Assembly: GCA_013151415.1 (NCBI GenBank)
Contig: JAADII010000144.1
Location: 238-64,237, forward strand
DNA from: Chloroflexota bacterium
Lineage (GTDB): Bacteria > Chloroflexota > Anaerolineae > J102
Direction: 5' to 3'
Length of the DNA: 64,000 bases
Part shown: positions 37,769 through 49,166 of the stretch, piece after piece
How the letters are laid out: each line of letters starts with the position of its first letter
Position numbering within the stretch: position 1 is the stretch's first letter
Position numbers and translations under genes: made by a program
The notes under the pieces: generated by a model
Database searches by the model: none
What the model was told of the DNA's origin: nothing
What the model saw: only the letters and a program-made list of their open reading frames with translations

Positions 37769-38730
37769 GCAGGCCAGATTTGAGCATCGTCATCGTTAGT
37801 TGGAATGTGCGCGAGGCGTTGTTGGCCTGCCTGGCGGCCCTGCCCGACGCGGTCACCCCAGCTTACGCGTACGAAGTCATTGTTGTAGACAATGCCTCGT
37901 CTGATGGCAGCGTCGCCGCTGTTCGCAAGGCCTTTCCTTCTGTGCACATAATTGCCAATTCGGCCAATCGTTTGTATACTGCCGCAGCAAACCAAGGATT
38001 GACCATCGCGGTTGGCCGTCATCTTCTTCTGATTAATCCAGATGCGATTCCTCAACCTCATAGCCTGGCCCGGCTCATTGCTTACGCCGATCAACATCCT
38101 CGCGCCGGTCTGTTAGGGCCGCGCATCTTCCGTTCTGATGGTCGCGACGACTTGCGCACGGGACGAGAGTATCCTACGCCTTGGTCCGAGACTTTGGACT
38201 GGTTTGGGTTCACCCGGCGTTTTCCGCATCATCCTTTTTGGGCGGCCAATTTGCGACCAGACTTTCCTCGAGATCGCACCGCATCTGTTCCCCTTCTTTC
38301 CGGCGCTTGTCTTCTGCTGAGCCAGCGCCTGCCATCTTCCCTTCGTCGACTTGATGAATATTTCCCCATGTACGGGGAAGATGTGGACCTTTGTCGTCGC
38401 GTTCAGCAGGCCGGATATGAAACCGTGCTGGTGGCCGACGCCGAGGTGTTCCACGCCGGGGGGCAAAGTAGTCGTCAGATCGGCCTTCGCACGGCATTGT
38501 TGGCCGTGGAAGGCGTTCAGCGTTATTTCCGACGTTGGCGCGGCAGCGGCGCCGCCAGACGGCATCGCATGGGCATGGCATTGGTCGCGGTGGTCAAGTG
38601 GACCGCGTTCACTCTGCTCGGTTTGATTGGCCTTGAATCCGATCCAGCTTATCAGCGTCGCTTTCACAGAGCGCTCTTGGCTTGGGCGCTTGGCCGAGGC
38701 GATATTCAACGATTGATGATTGAAGGTTGA
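37765..38730 (+). CDS. Glycosyltransferase family 2 (WbbL-like)
   Basis: SIVIVSWN, VVDNASSDGS, LINPD, SGACLL, MYGEDVDLC. Confidence 0.9.
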   Translation: MSRPDLSIVIVSWNVREALLACLAALPDAVTPAYAYEVIVVDNASSDGSVAAVRKAFPSVHIIANSANRLYTAAANQGLTIAVGRHLLLINPDAIPQPHSLARLIAYADQHPRAGLLGPRIFRSDGRDDLRTGREYPTPWSETLDWFGFTRRFPHHPFWAANLRPDFPRDRTASVPLLSGACLLLSQRLPSSLRRLDEYFPMYGEDVDLCRRVQQAGYETVLVADAEVFHAGGQSSRQIGLRTALLAVEGVQRYFRRWRGSGAARRHRMGMALVAVVKWTAFTLLGLIGLESDPAYQRRFHRALLAWALGRGDIQRLMIEG

Positions 38731-38790
38731 AAGCCATCATGCGTTCGTTCTCATGTCTTCAATCATAACCCTCGTTTTTCAATCCTTTAT

Positions 38791-39984
38791 GTGCCTATGA
38801 CGCAGCCTCTTCGAGTTCTTCATTGCCGTCAGGGCGACCGCGTTTGGGGGCCAGAACGTCAAATTTTGCAGTTGGCCGAACGCTTGCCTGATTACGGCAT
38901 CGAGATGGAGATCGTCTTGCTACGACGATGGGGATTGGATCCGAAACCTCATCCATTGGCCGCGCGAGCGCGTCGTCTGGGATGCGAAGTGCTCGAGGTG
39001 CCGGCAAGACCCCAAGACTGGCGGCAGGTGGTGCGGTTGTTGCGTAGTCGCTTACGCGACTGCGGAATTCTCCACACACATGAATTCAAAAGCGATTTGC
39101 TCGGCTATTGGGCCGCGCGGCAAAGCAATCGCCCCTGGATCGCCACCGATCACCATCTCGCCATCGAAGACGATTGGTTGCTTCGCCTTTTCGGTTATGC
39201 TGATCGGGTGGTTTTGAAGCGGGCGCAGGCTGTTGTGGTGCCCTCGTACAGTCAGGCCGAACGGTTGTCCAGGCATGTGCCGCTCGAACGAATCCATGTG
39301 ATCTATCATGGCATCGATGCGCAAGCGTTTGCTCGTTCGGCGGGAAACGAGCGCGCGGCCTTGCGTCGTCGTTATGGCGTGGCCGATGATGAGCATGTTA
39401 TCGCCATCTTTGGTCGTCTGGAGCCGGTGAAAGGTCATCGCGATTTCTTGCGAGCCGCGCGCCGCATGTTGGAAAGACGCGATGACTTGCGTTTTTGGGT
39501 GGTGGGCGAAGGAAGTCTCGAGCCGGTGTTGCGCCGTCAGGTGCAAGAGCTTGGCATTGCGCACCGGGTGGATTTTCTTGGCTACCAGAACGATGTGGCG
39601 CCCCTCATGGCGGCCAGCGATTTGGTGCTCATGCCTTCGCGCCATGAGTCTTTCGGCATCGTGCTCATCGAGGCCATGTCATTGGGCAAGCCCGTGATCG
39701 CCAGCGCCGCGGGCGGCATACCTGAGGTGGTGCTGGACGGAGCCAGCGGCTATTTGGTCCCGCCGGGTGACCCCGATCAGTTAAGCCGCCGCGTGTTGGA
39801 GATGTTGTCCAATCCGGGTCATGCTCAACAGATTGGCTTGGCCGGACGCGAGCGAGTCCATCGCGAATTCACCGTCGAACAAATGGTGGAGCAAATGGCG
39901 GCTTTGTATCATCAGGTGGATGCAGTGAAGCGCGGCGCGTTTGTCTCCCCTCGGCCGCAACGAGCGCCTCTTTCCGCCGTTTGA
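38791..39984 (+). CDS. Glycosyltransferase family 4
   Basis: GRLEPVKGH, PSRHESFGIVLIEAM..GKPVIAS..GGIPEVV. Confidence 0.92.
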   Translation: MPMTQPLRVLHCRQGDRVWGPERQILQLAERLPDYGIEMEIVLLRRWGLDPKPHPLAARARRLGCEVLEVPARPQDWRQVVRLLRSRLRDCGILHTHEFKSDLLGYWAARQSNRPWIATDHHLAIEDDWLLRLFGYADRVVLKRAQAVVVPSYSQAERLSRHVPLERIHVIYHGIDAQAFARSAGNERAALRRRYGVADDEHVIAIFGRLEPVKGHRDFLRAARRMLERRDDLRFWVVGEGSLEPVLRRQVQELGIAHRVDFLGYQNDVAPLMAASDLVLMPSRHESFGIVLIEAMSLGKPVIASAAGGIPEVVLDGASGYLVPPGDPDQLSRRVLEMLSNPGHAQQIGLAGRERVHREFTVEQMVEQMAALYHQVDAVKRGAFVSPRPQRAPLSAV

Positions 39985-40209
39985 CAGCGTCTGCGTTTGG
40001 TCTCTCTTTTGACGCGAGTTTGGCGCGGGTTCTGCAAAGCAAAGGCATGAAAAGTGCATGCTCATGCGCTAGATTCGCATCTTTATCTTCCTCCACACTT
40101 GATGACCCCCGTTCAGGAGGGGGGTGATGGCGAATAGCGTTCGCCCAAGAGGCGCTCTCTATTCCTGTTCTTTTGGCTTTCTCAAAGACAAAAAATACGG
40201 AAAAAATCG

Positions 40210-41253
40210 ATGCGAAAAGACAATGTTCCCTTAAACTTACGCGCGAGCGTGATTATTGCTGCGTATAATGCCAGCAAAGACCTGCCTCGATGCCTTGCGG
40301 CTTTAGACCAACAAACGACGCCGCGAGATGAATATGAAGTTATCGTGGTGGATGACGGCAGCGAGGATGATACGGCCGCCATTGCCGAGGCCGCGGGCGC
40401 GCGGGTGTTGCGTTTGCCGCATAGCGGCCCAGCCACGGCCCGCAACGCTGGCGTAGAAATCGCGCGCGCGCCCATTGTCATCTTCACGGATGCCGATTGT
40501 GAACCTGTGATCGATTTTGTAGAGCGCATGTTGGAGCCGTTCGCGGCGCCGGTGGTGAGCGGCGTGCGCGGGGTCTATCGCAGCCAGCAATCGTCGTTGG
40601 TGGCGCGTTTTGTGCAATTGGAGTATGAAGAGCGTTATCGGCGGATCGCTCATGTGCAGGAGGAAGGGGGCGCGGTCAATGCGCTGGATACGTCGTACGC
40701 GGCCTATCGCCGCGAGGTGTTCCTCGATGCTGGGGGGTTCGACACCCGGTTTCGGGGCGCGGCCGGCGAGGATCACGAACTATCCTACCGGTTGGCCCAA
40801 CAAGGTCATATCTTTCGCCATAGCCCCCATGCCGCGGTTTATCATCGCCATGTCGATTCATTGTGGAAATATGCCAAGCGCAAGTTTCGCATCGGTTATT
40901 GGAAAGCGTTTTTAGCCCGTCAGCATCCCAGTTACGCGTTGGCCGATGCGCACACAACGCAGAGTTTGAAGCTTCAAATTGGGTTGGTCGCGCTGCTGGG
41001 CGCGACGCTGCTGGTTTGGCCGTTTTGGCCTTTTGCCGGGTGGCTGGCGGCTTTGTGGACGCTTCTATTTGCATTGAGCGCGTTGCCCTTCTTATTCCTG
41101 GTGGCTCGTCGCGATCCGGCGGTGCTGTTGGTGGCTCCGGTGTTGCTCTTTGTCCGCGCGATTTCCGCTGGCCTGGGGTTCTTTTGGGGCCTTTTGCGCA
41201 TTCACCCCGATCTGGCTGCAGGCGAGGTGACGTTGGAGGCGAAAAAAGGGTAA
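40210..41253 (+). CDS. Glycosyltransferase family 2 with C-terminal TM helices
   Basis: VIVVDDGSED, GPATARN, FTDADC, GGFD...GEDHEL. Confidence 0.9.
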   Translation: MRKDNVPLNLRASVIIAAYNASKDLPRCLAALDQQTTPRDEYEVIVVDDGSEDDTAAIAEAAGARVLRLPHSGPATARNAGVEIARAPIVIFTDADCEPVIDFVERMLEPFAAPVVSGVRGVYRSQQSSLVARFVQLEYEERYRRIAHVQEEGGAVNALDTSYAAYRREVFLDAGGFDTRFRGAAGEDHELSYRLAQQGHIFRHSPHAAVYHRHVDSLWKYAKRKFRIGYWKAFLARQHPSYALADAHTTQSLKLQIGLVALLGATLLVWPFWPFAGWLAALWTLLFALSALPFLFLVARRDPAVLLVAPVLLFVRAISAGLGFFWGLLRIHPDLAAGEVTLEAKKG

Positions 41254-41519
41254 GTTGTAGCCACATCGCACTGATGAGTTTGCTTTGTGCATATTTTTGT
41301 GGCAGGATTGTTTTTGTCCGACGTTCTCCCACCTGGAGCAATTCGGCTATTGAACGTCGCTGTCCTGCGCTGCACAAGCTTTTGGGGATGCTATGCCGAG
41401 ACTGCTCCTTTACTCACCTCAAACCGTATGGTTCGAAGCGCTTTTCAGCAACGGAGTGGCGTCTTGTCTGTGGTGGGACGTCCTCTGTGCGCTGTTTGCA
41501 CGCGCCGCTCAAGCGTTGC

Positions 41520-41579
41520 ATGATTTCATGAAATCATAATCTGAAGCGTTGTAGCCTTAGCTCCGCTTCATGATATACT
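41520..41579 (+). promoter_or_regulatory. Perfect 18-bp palindrome (operator-like) upstream of an extended -10 for the fcl operon
   Basis: ATGATTTCATGAAATCAT at 41520-41537; TGATATACT at 41571-41579. Confidence 0.5.
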
Positions 41580-41661
41580 TTCTTAGCCTGCAACGCCTGC
41601 GCCATTCTTTGGTGCAGGCGCGGCGGAGCTTGCGCTCATTTTTTCCACTCACCGACCGATT

Positions 41662-42684
41662 ATGAACAGACCAATTCAATCCGAAACACCCGACAGGCAT
41701 TTCGCATCATGGCTGGACAAGCTCGTCATTGTAACGGGCGGCGCCGGCTTTCTCGGCTCCTTTCTGGTGGATGCGCTGCATGAGCGCGGCGCTCGTCATG
41801 TCGTCGTTCCGCGCAAGCGCGAATATGATCTAACCGAAATGGAGGCGATTCAGCGTTTGTTTCGAGATGTTTATCGTCAATACGACATCGCGCCCGAAAA
41901 CACCATAGTGATGCATTTGGCGGCCCAGGTGGGCGGCATTGGCGCCAATCGCCTGCATCCGGCCGAGTTCTTTTATAGCAACCTGATGATGGGGGTGCAG
42001 CTTTTGCACGAGTCGTGGCGCGTCGGCGTGGGCAAGTTTGTGGCTGTTGGCACGGTGTGCGCTTATCCCAAATTCACTCCGGTTCCATTCAAGGAGGAGG
42101 ATATCTGGAACGGTTACCCAGAGGAAACCAATGCGCCTTATGGCCTGGCCAAGAAGATGCTGCTGGTTCAATCCGAGGCCTATCGCCAGCAATACGGCTT
42201 CAACTCCATCTTTTTGTTGCCCACCAATCTTTATGGTCCGCGCGATAATTTCGATCTCGAAACTTCGCATGTGATCCCGGCTCTGATTCGCAAGTGCCTG
42301 GAGGCGCAAGAACGTGGCGATAAGGAGATTGTGGTGTGGGGCGATGGTTCGCCCACGCGCGAATTTCTCTATGTGGAGGATGCAGCCGAGGGCATCATGC
42401 TGGCCGCAGAGCGATACAATCAAAGCCTGCCGGTGAATCTCGGCTCGGGCATGGAGATCAGCATTCGCGATTTGGTTCATCTTATTGCAGAGTTGACCGG
42501 CTTCGAGGGAGATATTGTGTGGGATGTCAGTAAGCCCAATGGCCAGCCGCGACGCGCGCTGGATACGACCCGCGCCGAGAAACTCTTTGGCTTTCGCGCG
42601 GCCACTGATTTTCGCACCGGATTGCAACGCACCATCGATTGGTATCGCGAGCATAGGGTGAAGAAGGGGGTGGAATGCAAATGA
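41662..42684 (+). CDS. fcl: GDP-L-fucose synthase
   Basis: [35 protein letters not shown]...[28 protein letters not shown]. Confidence 0.92.
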   Translation: MNRPIQSETPDRHFASWLDKLVIVTGGAGFLGSFLVDALHERGARHVVVPRKREYDLTEMEAIQRLFRDVYRQYDIAPENTIVMHLAAQVGGIGANRLHPAEFFYSNLMMGVQLLHESWRVGVGKFVAVGTVCAYPKFTPVPFKEEDIWNGYPEETNAPYGLAKKMLLVQSEAYRQQYGFNSIFLLPTNLYGPRDNFDLETSHVIPALIRKCLEAQERGDKEIVVWGDGSPTREFLYVEDAAEGIMLAAERYNQSLPVNLGSGMEISIRDLVHLIAELTGFEGDIVWDVSKPNGQPRRALDTTRAEKLFGFRAATDFRTGLQRTIDWYREHRVKKGVECK

Positions 42685-43523
42685 CCGCCAGAAAAGACAT
42701 GCTCGTTATCGAACCGCCCAAGGGGTGGCAGCCCATCAATTTCAAGGAGCTGCGAGAATATCGCGATCTTTTCTATTACTTGGTGCGTCGCGATGTGCAG
42801 GTGCTCTATAAGCAGACCGTGCTGGGTTTTGCTTGGGCCATCTTGCGTCCCTTTCTTAGCATGATTTTGTTCACGTTTGTTTTTGGCAATGTGGCCCAGG
42901 TGAGCAGCGATGGCGTGCCCTATCCTGTTTTTAGTTATGTGGCTTTGGTCCCCTGGACTTATTTTTCCACCGCGCTGACCACCTCGAGCATGAGCCTGGT
43001 GACAAACAGCAACATGCTCACCAAGGTTTATTTCCCGCGTTTGGTTTTCCCCTTGACGCCGGTGTTGGCCAAACTGGTGGATTTCGTCATCGCTTTCGCC
43101 TTCATTCCTTTGTTGCTCTTGTGGTTTCGCATCATGCCCACGCGTGATGTTGTCTTTATTCCTTTATTGATCATCATTTTGATGATGACCGCCGCGGGCG
43201 CAGGCATGTGGCTTGCCGCTTTGGGCATTCAATATCGCGATATCAAATACGCGACCCAATTTATGACGCAATTGCTCATGTACGCTGCTCCGGTTGTGTG
43301 GTCGGTGACGGCCCTCACCGCTCGGTTGGGTGAAACGGGTCGTCTGATCTATGGGTTGTATCCGCTGGCTGGCGTGATCGAGGGCTTTCGTTCGGCTTTG
43401 TTGGGATCGGTTCCCATGCCGTGGGATCTTATTGCCGTTGGTGGGGCGTCGGCGTTTGTCCTCTTTGTTAGCGGAGCATTCTATTTCCGCCGCATGGAAG
43501 TGGCTTTCGCCGATGTCGCCTAG
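42675..43523 (+). CDS. wzm: Polysaccharide ABC transporter permease
   Basis: [34 protein letters not shown]. Confidence 0.92.
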   Translation: MQMTARKDMLVIEPPKGWQPINFKELREYRDLFYYLVRRDVQVLYKQTVLGFAWAILRPFLSMILFTFVFGNVAQVSSDGVPYPVFSYVALVPWTYFSTALTTSSMSLVTNSNMLTKVYFPRLVFPLTPVLAKLVDFVIAFAFIPLLLLWFRIMPTRDVVFIPLLIIILMMTAAGAGMWLAALGIQYRDIKYATQFMTQLLMYAAPVVWSVTALTARLGETGRLIYGLYPLAGVIEGFRSALLGSVPMPWDLIAVGGASAFVLFVSGAFYFRRMEVAFADVA

Positions 43524-43641
43524 CTTTTTCGCCTCAGCTAGATGCATGCTTGAACGACTGAGATAGCCCTTCTTAATAATTATGAATGCAGACGACGGGA
43601 TTCATGAGGGCCAGCCCCCGGTCTCATAGCGACTTTGATCT

Positions 43642-44925
43642 ATGACTGATATCGCCATCCAGGTGGAGAATCTGGGCAAACGTTACCGCATTGGCGTGCA
43701 GGAAGAAAAGTACGACACTTTGGGCGCGCAAATGCTGGCCTGGCTGCGTTCGCCCATCACCAATTATCGTCGTTTACGCGGGTTGAGCGCATTTAGTGAA
43801 AATGGTCAGGCCGAAGATGTGATATGGGCGTTGAAGGATGTCTCATTCACAGTGAAGGAGGGCGAGGCTTTGGGCGTGATTGGTCGCAATGGCGCGGGCA
43901 AAAGCACCTTGCTCAAAGTGCTCTCGCGCATCACCCCGCCCACCACCGGCCGCGTGTTGCTCAGCGGCCGCGTGGCCAGCCTGCTCGAGGTGGGGACCGG
44001 GTTTCACCCCGAATTGACGGGACGGGAAAACATTTATCTCAACGGCAGCATCTTGGGCATGACCAAGGCCGAGATCGATCGCAAGTTCGATGAGATCGTG
44101 GCCTTTTCGGGCGTGGAGAAATTTATCGACACGCCGGTGAAGCGTTATTCCAGCGGCATGCGCGTGCGCCTGGCCTTTTCGGTGGCCGCGCACCTCGAGC
44201 CGGAGATTTTGCTCATCGACGAGGTGTTGGCCGTGGGCGACGCCGAGTTTCAGCGCAAATGCCTGGGTAAGATGCAGGATGTGGCGGGCGCAGGACGCAC
44301 GGTGTTGTTCGTTTCGCATAACATGCCCGCGGTCACGCGCCTTTGCCAGCGAGCTATTTTGTTGGAAAAAGGTCGCTTGATCATGGATGGCCCCTCAGAG
44401 GAAGTGGTGGCCAGTTATCTGGCCGACGCCACGCGTACAGGCGCGGCCCGCAGTTGGGCTTTGGACGAGGCCCCCGGAACCGACGAGTTGCGATTGACCT
44501 CCGTCAGCCTGGTGAACAGCCAACATCGCATCGTCTCGGTGGTCAGCGTCGAAGAGGAGTTGCAGCTTCGTATTGGTTATCGCGTCAATACGCCGGGGCT
44601 CACCTTTCGTTGCGCAGCCAAGTTTTACACGCAAGGCGTTTGCGCGTTCGCCACGGTCGAACCGACCGAAACCACCCGCGACCGCGAAGGGCACTATTGG
44701 TCGGTGGTGCGCATCCCGGCTCATTTGCTCAGTGAGGGTGAATATCTGGTGGGCGTTTCCATTTTTTCATCGAAGGGTCGTAAAATTCACTATGTGCTCG
44801 AAGATGAAGTGATTGTGTTCCAGGTCACTGATCCTATTTCCGGTCAATCGGCTCGCGGCGATTACACCGAGCCTTTTGCTGGCGTCATGCGCCCCAAATT
44901 GGAGTGGAGCATGGAGCATGCATAA
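43642..44925 (+). CDS. wzt: Polysaccharide ABC transporter ATPase with C-terminal Wzt_C domain
   Basis: [29 protein letters not shown], plus a roughly 170 aa C-terminal extension. Confidence 0.93.
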   Translation: MTDIAIQVENLGKRYRIGVQEEKYDTLGAQMLAWLRSPITNYRRLRGLSAFSENGQAEDVIWALKDVSFTVKEGEALGVIGRNGAGKSTLLKVLSRITPPTTGRVLLSGRVASLLEVGTGFHPELTGRENIYLNGSILGMTKAEIDRKFDEIVAFSGVEKFIDTPVKRYSSGMRVRLAFSVAAHLEPEILLIDEVLAVGDAEFQRKCLGKMQDVAGAGRTVLFVSHNMPAVTRLCQRAILLEKGRLIMDGPSEEVVASYLADATRTGAARSWALDEAPGTDELRLTSVSLVNSQHRIVSVVSVEEELQLRIGYRVNTPGLTFRCAAKFYTQGVCAFATVEPTETTRDREGHYWSVVRIPAHLLSEGEYLVGVSIFSSKGRKIHYVLEDEVIVFQVTDPISGQSARGDYTEPFAGVMRPKLEWSMEHA

Positions 44926-45505
44926 GACGTATGTTTTCTTGGCTCGCACATACCGTCGTCTGCGTTCATTTCTTTTGCATCCCGGTCGTTATATCGACCA
45001 AGCCGTCACCGATTACCTTAATCGACTCGGTTTCCTCACCATTCATCGTTACATTGTGCATGGCCCGCCGGATCGCCTTCATCTTGGTCATCCTCGGCCA
45101 AAGAACAACACATTTTTCAACACCCGTTCTGGGCGCATTTATGTGGGGAATGGCGTGGTTTGGGGATATCATTGCCAGGTGCTTACAGGCGTGCACCTGT
45201 TTGAGAACGGCAAGCTTAAGCAACCTAAGTCAGAACAGGTGCCCACCGAGGGCTATGACATTCGCATTGGCGACGGCTGTTGGATCGCATCGGGCGCGAT
45301 CATCACCGGTGGCGTGACCATTGGCGAGAATTCCATCGTGGCTGCGGGCGCGGTGGTGACAAAAGATGTGCCCGCGGGCAGCATTGTCGGCGGCGTGCCC
45401 GCGCGCATTATCGGCCGCACCGATGAATTGGGGCCGAATGGTAGGCGCATGAGCGTGGTGCGCGTAGACTCCGATAACCAACCCTCGACTTCGTCAACCC
45501 ATTGA
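44918..45505 (+). CDS. Hexapeptide-repeat acyltransferase
   Basis: [36 protein letters not shown]...GGVPARII. Confidence 0.88.
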   Translation: MHKTYVFLARTYRRLRSFLLHPGRYIDQAVTDYLNRLGFLTIHRYIVHGPPDRLHLGHPRPKNNTFFNTRSGRIYVGNGVVWGYHCQVLTGVHLFENGKLKQPKSEQVPTEGYDIRIGDGCWIASGAIITGGVTIGENSIVAAGAVVTKDVPAGSIVGGVPARIIGRTDELGPNGRRMSVVRVDSDNQPSTSSTH

Positions 45506-45515
45506 TCTTACACTA

Positions 45516-46538
45516 ATGACCCAATCTGCACAGCCTCCGTACAATGTATGCCTCATTGGTTTGGGGCGTCATGGCCTTAAACAATTGCACCGGCTTGCAG
45601 AGAATCCCGCCCAGTGGCGTCTTGCCGCGGTAGTGGACCGCTCTGTGGCCGCGTATGCGCGGTTTCAATACCATTTTCATTCATTGCGAGTCCCGTTTTA
45701 TCGAGACGCGGTCGAGGCCATTCGTTCCGAACCTATTGATGTCATCATCATTTCCACTACGGCCCCTTCACATGTTCCTATTGCCGAGAGCTTGATACGC
45801 GGCGGGTATGAGGGCGGGCTGCTCATTGAAAAGCCCATTTCCGATAGCATCGCCCGAGCCGAAGATTTACAGCATCTCATTGAAGAAGCCGCGTGGCCGG
45901 GTCGCGTGGCGGTGGATTTCAACCGGCGTTGTTCCGAACTTTATCGCCGCGTAAAGAGCGTGCACAAGAGCGGCGAGTGCGGCGCCATCATCCGGCTCGA
46001 ATTCAATCGGCCCTGTAAGCTAAGCATGGTGGGCATGCACTTTATCGATCTGGCGAACTGGATCATCGGCAGTCGTCCTATCGAGGTGTCGGGCCGGCTG
46101 GATATGACCTCGATTGTGGACCATCGCGGCGCGGTCTTCTACGATCCGCCGGGCTGGTTGCAGGTGCGTTATGCAAGTGGCGCCATTTTCGAGATGAACA
46201 CCATGCCCGACGCGCCGCCGGAGTCGTTGGGCATGACGGTCTGGTTCGAGCAAGGCAAGGCCCGCATCAACAACGATGAATCGCTGGCCGTCATCGAAAC
46301 GCCGGCGGGCGAGGACAGGGTGGAAGTCACCGATGAAAACCGCCGTTATCGCTGGATCGAATCGGCCCTGGCCTCGGTGGTCGAGGCGTCGGCCGGATGT
46401 GAAATTTGCCCCCTACCCGAGGCCATCTTAGCGCTGGAGGTGGTCGCGGCCGTGCATCATTCCAACAGCATGGACGGGGCGATCGCAACCTTGCCCTTGC
46501 CGCAAGAGGTGCGGAATCGACGTTTACGGATCGCCTGA
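45516..46538 (+). CDS. Gfo/Idh/MocA family oxidoreductase
   Basis: IGLGRHG, STTAPSH, IEKPI, NRR, HFIDL. Confidence 0.85.
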   Translation: MTQSAQPPYNVCLIGLGRHGLKQLHRLAENPAQWRLAAVVDRSVAAYARFQYHFHSLRVPFYRDAVEAIRSEPIDVIIISTTAPSHVPIAESLIRGGYEGGLLIEKPISDSIARAEDLQHLIEEAAWPGRVAVDFNRRCSELYRRVKSVHKSGECGAIIRLEFNRPCKLSMVGMHFIDLANWIIGSRPIEVSGRLDMTSIVDHRGAVFYDPPGWLQVRYASGAIFEMNTMPDAPPESLGMTVWFEQGKARINNDESLAVIETPAGEDRVEVTDENRRYRWIESALASVVEASAGCEICPLPEAILALEVVAAVHHSNSMDGAIATLPLPQEVRNRRLRIA

Positions 46539-46568
46539 CGGATTCATTCACCGGACATCGTTTACACC

Positions 46569-47705
46569 ATGATCAAGCCCCTATTGAGAACAGGCATTCG
46601 GGTTCTGCCGGGACCGATCCGCAGACCGGTGCAGGACTATATCAGATACGTGAGCAAGCGTCGTTCATTGGAGCGGATGCAAAACGCCTTGCCCTATTGG
46701 GAGCGAAGGGAGCAGCCCGGAGAAAAGCCGCTGGTGAGGGTGGGGTTTATTGGCGCTGGCAATTACGCTCGGCATCATCTCAAGGTGTTGAACGCCTTGA
46801 ACAACGTCTCCATCGCGGCCATTCTCACCACCGGCAGCCCTCGCGGCCGCGCGGTGGCCGAAGAATATGGCGTCTCCAATCTTTATACCGATCGCGACGC
46901 CTTTTTAAGCGAAGTTGATGTCGATTGTTATGTGGTGGTGGTCTCGGCCTGGGCCATCAAGCCTGTGGCTATGGATTGTCTGGCCACGGGCAAGCCTGTG
47001 CTTTTGGAAAAGCCGGCCGGGGTTTCGCCCGAGGATACGGCCGAGCTGGTGGAGCAGGCCGAAAAATACAACACCTATGGCATGGTGTGCATGAACCGCC
47101 GCTTTTATTCGGTCATCGAACACGGGCTGGCCACGCTCGCGACTTATGGACCCATTCGCGGAGCCATTTTGGAAATGCCCGAGCGCATCACCGATGAACG
47201 CCAATCGCGGCGACTAACCGAATGGGACTATGATCACTTCGCTTTTCGCAACTCGGTGCATGGCATCGATTTGTTGCGCTATATCTTGGGCGATGTGAAG
47301 GAAGTGCACAGCATCGCCCGGCCCAATGTCGCCTTTGATAATGCCGCGGCCTCGTTCGGCGGCGTCATCGAGCACGAAGGCGGCGCCATGAGCGCCGTGC
47401 TGGCCTTATGGGACACACAGCTTCCCTGGCGACTCACGCTCATCGCCGAAAATGGGCGTTTGCGTTATGGGCCGTTCGAGCGCGGTTGGTTCATCAATGA
47501 AAAAGGCGTGGAGATTCCCATTCGCGCCGATGAAATCGATACTGCCTTTCGGGCCGGCGTCTATGCGCAAGATCTTCATTTCATCGAAAGCGTGCGACAC
47601 CATAAACAGCCCACCCTTCCGGCCTGTTTGCTGCCAGACGCGCTGAAAACGAATATATTGATCGAGCGTTTGTATGGAGGCGGTTCAATGGAGCGTTGGC
47701 GGTGA
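46569..47705 (+). CDS. Gfo/Idh/MocA family oxidoreductase
   Basis: GFIGAGNYA, LLEKPAG, NRRFY, HGIDLLRY. Confidence 0.85.
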   Translation: MIKPLLRTGIRVLPGPIRRPVQDYIRYVSKRRSLERMQNALPYWERREQPGEKPLVRVGFIGAGNYARHHLKVLNALNNVSIAAILTTGSPRGRAVAEEYGVSNLYTDRDAFLSEVDVDCYVVVVSAWAIKPVAMDCLATGKPVLLEKPAGVSPEDTAELVEQAEKYNTYGMVCMNRRFYSVIEHGLATLATYGPIRGAILEMPERITDERQSRRLTEWDYDHFAFRNSVHGIDLLRYILGDVKEVHSIARPNVAFDNAAASFGGVIEHEGGAMSAVLALWDTQLPWRLTLIAENGRLRYGPFERGWFINEKGVEIPIRADEIDTAFRAGVYAQDLHFIESVRHHKQPTLPACLLPDALKTNILIERLYGGGSMERWR

Positions 47706-49072
47706 TGTCGAGATTGGGTGATACGCTTAATATTTTGCAAATTAGCACCTATGACCACGCCGGAGGCGCGGAGGGGGTGGCTTATAGTTTGTTCGAGGCC
47801 TATCGTCAGCGAGGTCATCGTTCTTATCTCGCCGTGGGCTGGAAGCGCGGACAAGATCCCGACGTCTTCCAAATGAAGCCGCGTGCAAATGGCCGATGGC
47901 GAGATTGGTGGCTGAGACCCGAATGGCGAACGGAGGGATCAGGCGCTCGCGCGCGCGCTCGTTTGGCCGCCTTGGGCGACCCTCGGCGTTGGTTAGAACG
48001 TCAACTGGGCGTCGAAGACTTTCATTTTCCGGCCACAGCAACAGCGCCCCTTCTGCCTCCCCATTCTCCTCACATTCTCCACGCCCACAACCTACATGGC
48101 GGATATTTTGACCTGAGGATGCTGCCGCGACTGTCGGCGCAGCGACCTTTATTTCTTAGCCTTCACGATGCATGGCTTCTTGCAGGGCATTGCGCGCATT
48201 CATTGGATTGTGATCGCTGGTTGCATGGTTGCGGTCGTTGCCCCGATATTGCACGCCCTATCGCTATCAAGCGAGACGCCTCGGCCTATAACTGGCGACG
48301 CAAACGAGACATCTATGCGCGCAGCAAGCTCTATGTGGCCACGCCTTGCCGTTGGCTCATGGATAAAGTGGAGCGTTCGATGTTGATGCCTGGCATTGTC
48401 GAGGCGCGGATCATTCCCTACGGCATCGATCTCACCCTGTTCCATCCCGGAGACAAGCAAAAGGCCCGAGCGACGCTTGGTCTGCCGCAAGATGCGCATA
48501 TTGTTCTGTTTGTTGGCCGCGCCACCCGCAGCAGCCCCTGGAAGGATTATGATTTAATGGAAAAAGTGGTCGAGCGGCTTGCAGTGAACGCTTCGAACGC
48601 GAAGACCGTATTTGTCTTCCTGGGTGAGGAACACGCGCCGCAAAAGCTTGGCTCGGTTTTGATGTTGTTCAAGGGCTTTGAAAAACAGGCCGCGGACGTG
48701 GCTCGATTTTTCCAGGCTGCGGACGTTTATTTGCATGCGGCTAAAGCCGACACCTTTCCCAATGTCGTTTTAGAGGCTATGGCTTGCGGTTTGCCGGTGG
48801 TGGCGACCGCTGTAGGCGGCATTCCCGAACAGGTGGAGGATGGGAAGACGGGACTTCTCGCGCCGACTGGCGATGTCGAAGCCATGACTGCATGCGTGCA
48901 TCGGCTTCTCACAGACCCGGCGTTGCGACGTCGGCTGGGCATGAATGCGGCTTGTTCGGCGCGTGAGCGTTTCGACCGAGAGCGCATGGTGAATGATTAT
49001 CTTGATTGGTATTATCAGACGTTGGCAAATCAACGTCGGCGTCCGGGTCGCTCTTTTGTGGCGGCTCATTGA
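47696..49072 (+). CDS. Glycosyltransferase family 4 (WcaC-like)
   Basis: GGAE, HNLHGGYF, LHDAWLLAGHC, DTFPNVVLEAMACGLPVV. Confidence 0.9.
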   Translation: MAVMSRLGDTLNILQISTYDHAGGAEGVAYSLFEAYRQRGHRSYLAVGWKRGQDPDVFQMKPRANGRWRDWWLRPEWRTEGSGARARARLAALGDPRRWLERQLGVEDFHFPATATAPLLPPHSPHILHAHNLHGGYFDLRMLPRLSAQRPLFLSLHDAWLLAGHCAHSLDCDRWLHGCGRCPDIARPIAIKRDASAYNWRRKRDIYARSKLYVATPCRWLMDKVERSMLMPGIVEARIIPYGIDLTLFHPGDKQKARATLGLPQDAHIVLFVGRATRSSPWKDYDLMEKVVERLAVNASNAKTVFVFLGEEHAPQKLGSVLMLFKGFEKQAADVARFFQAADVYLHAAKADTFPNVVLEAMACGLPVVATAVGGIPEQVEDGKTGLLAPTGDVEAMTACVHRLLTDPALRRRLGMNAACSARERFDRERMVNDYLDWYYQTLANQRRRPGRSFVAAH

Positions 49073-49098
49073 CAAATCACGAACGCATTTTATAGACT
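49069..49098 (+). promoter_or_regulatory. Candidate internal sigma70 promoter
   Basis: TTGACA-18nt-TAGACT upstream of the methyltransferase. Confidence 0.45.
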
Positions 49099-49166
49099 AA
49101 TTTCGTTATTGTTTCACGGTGTTGCATCTCCTCTCATGTTGTTAAACTTCTCAAGAGATTTTGTCT

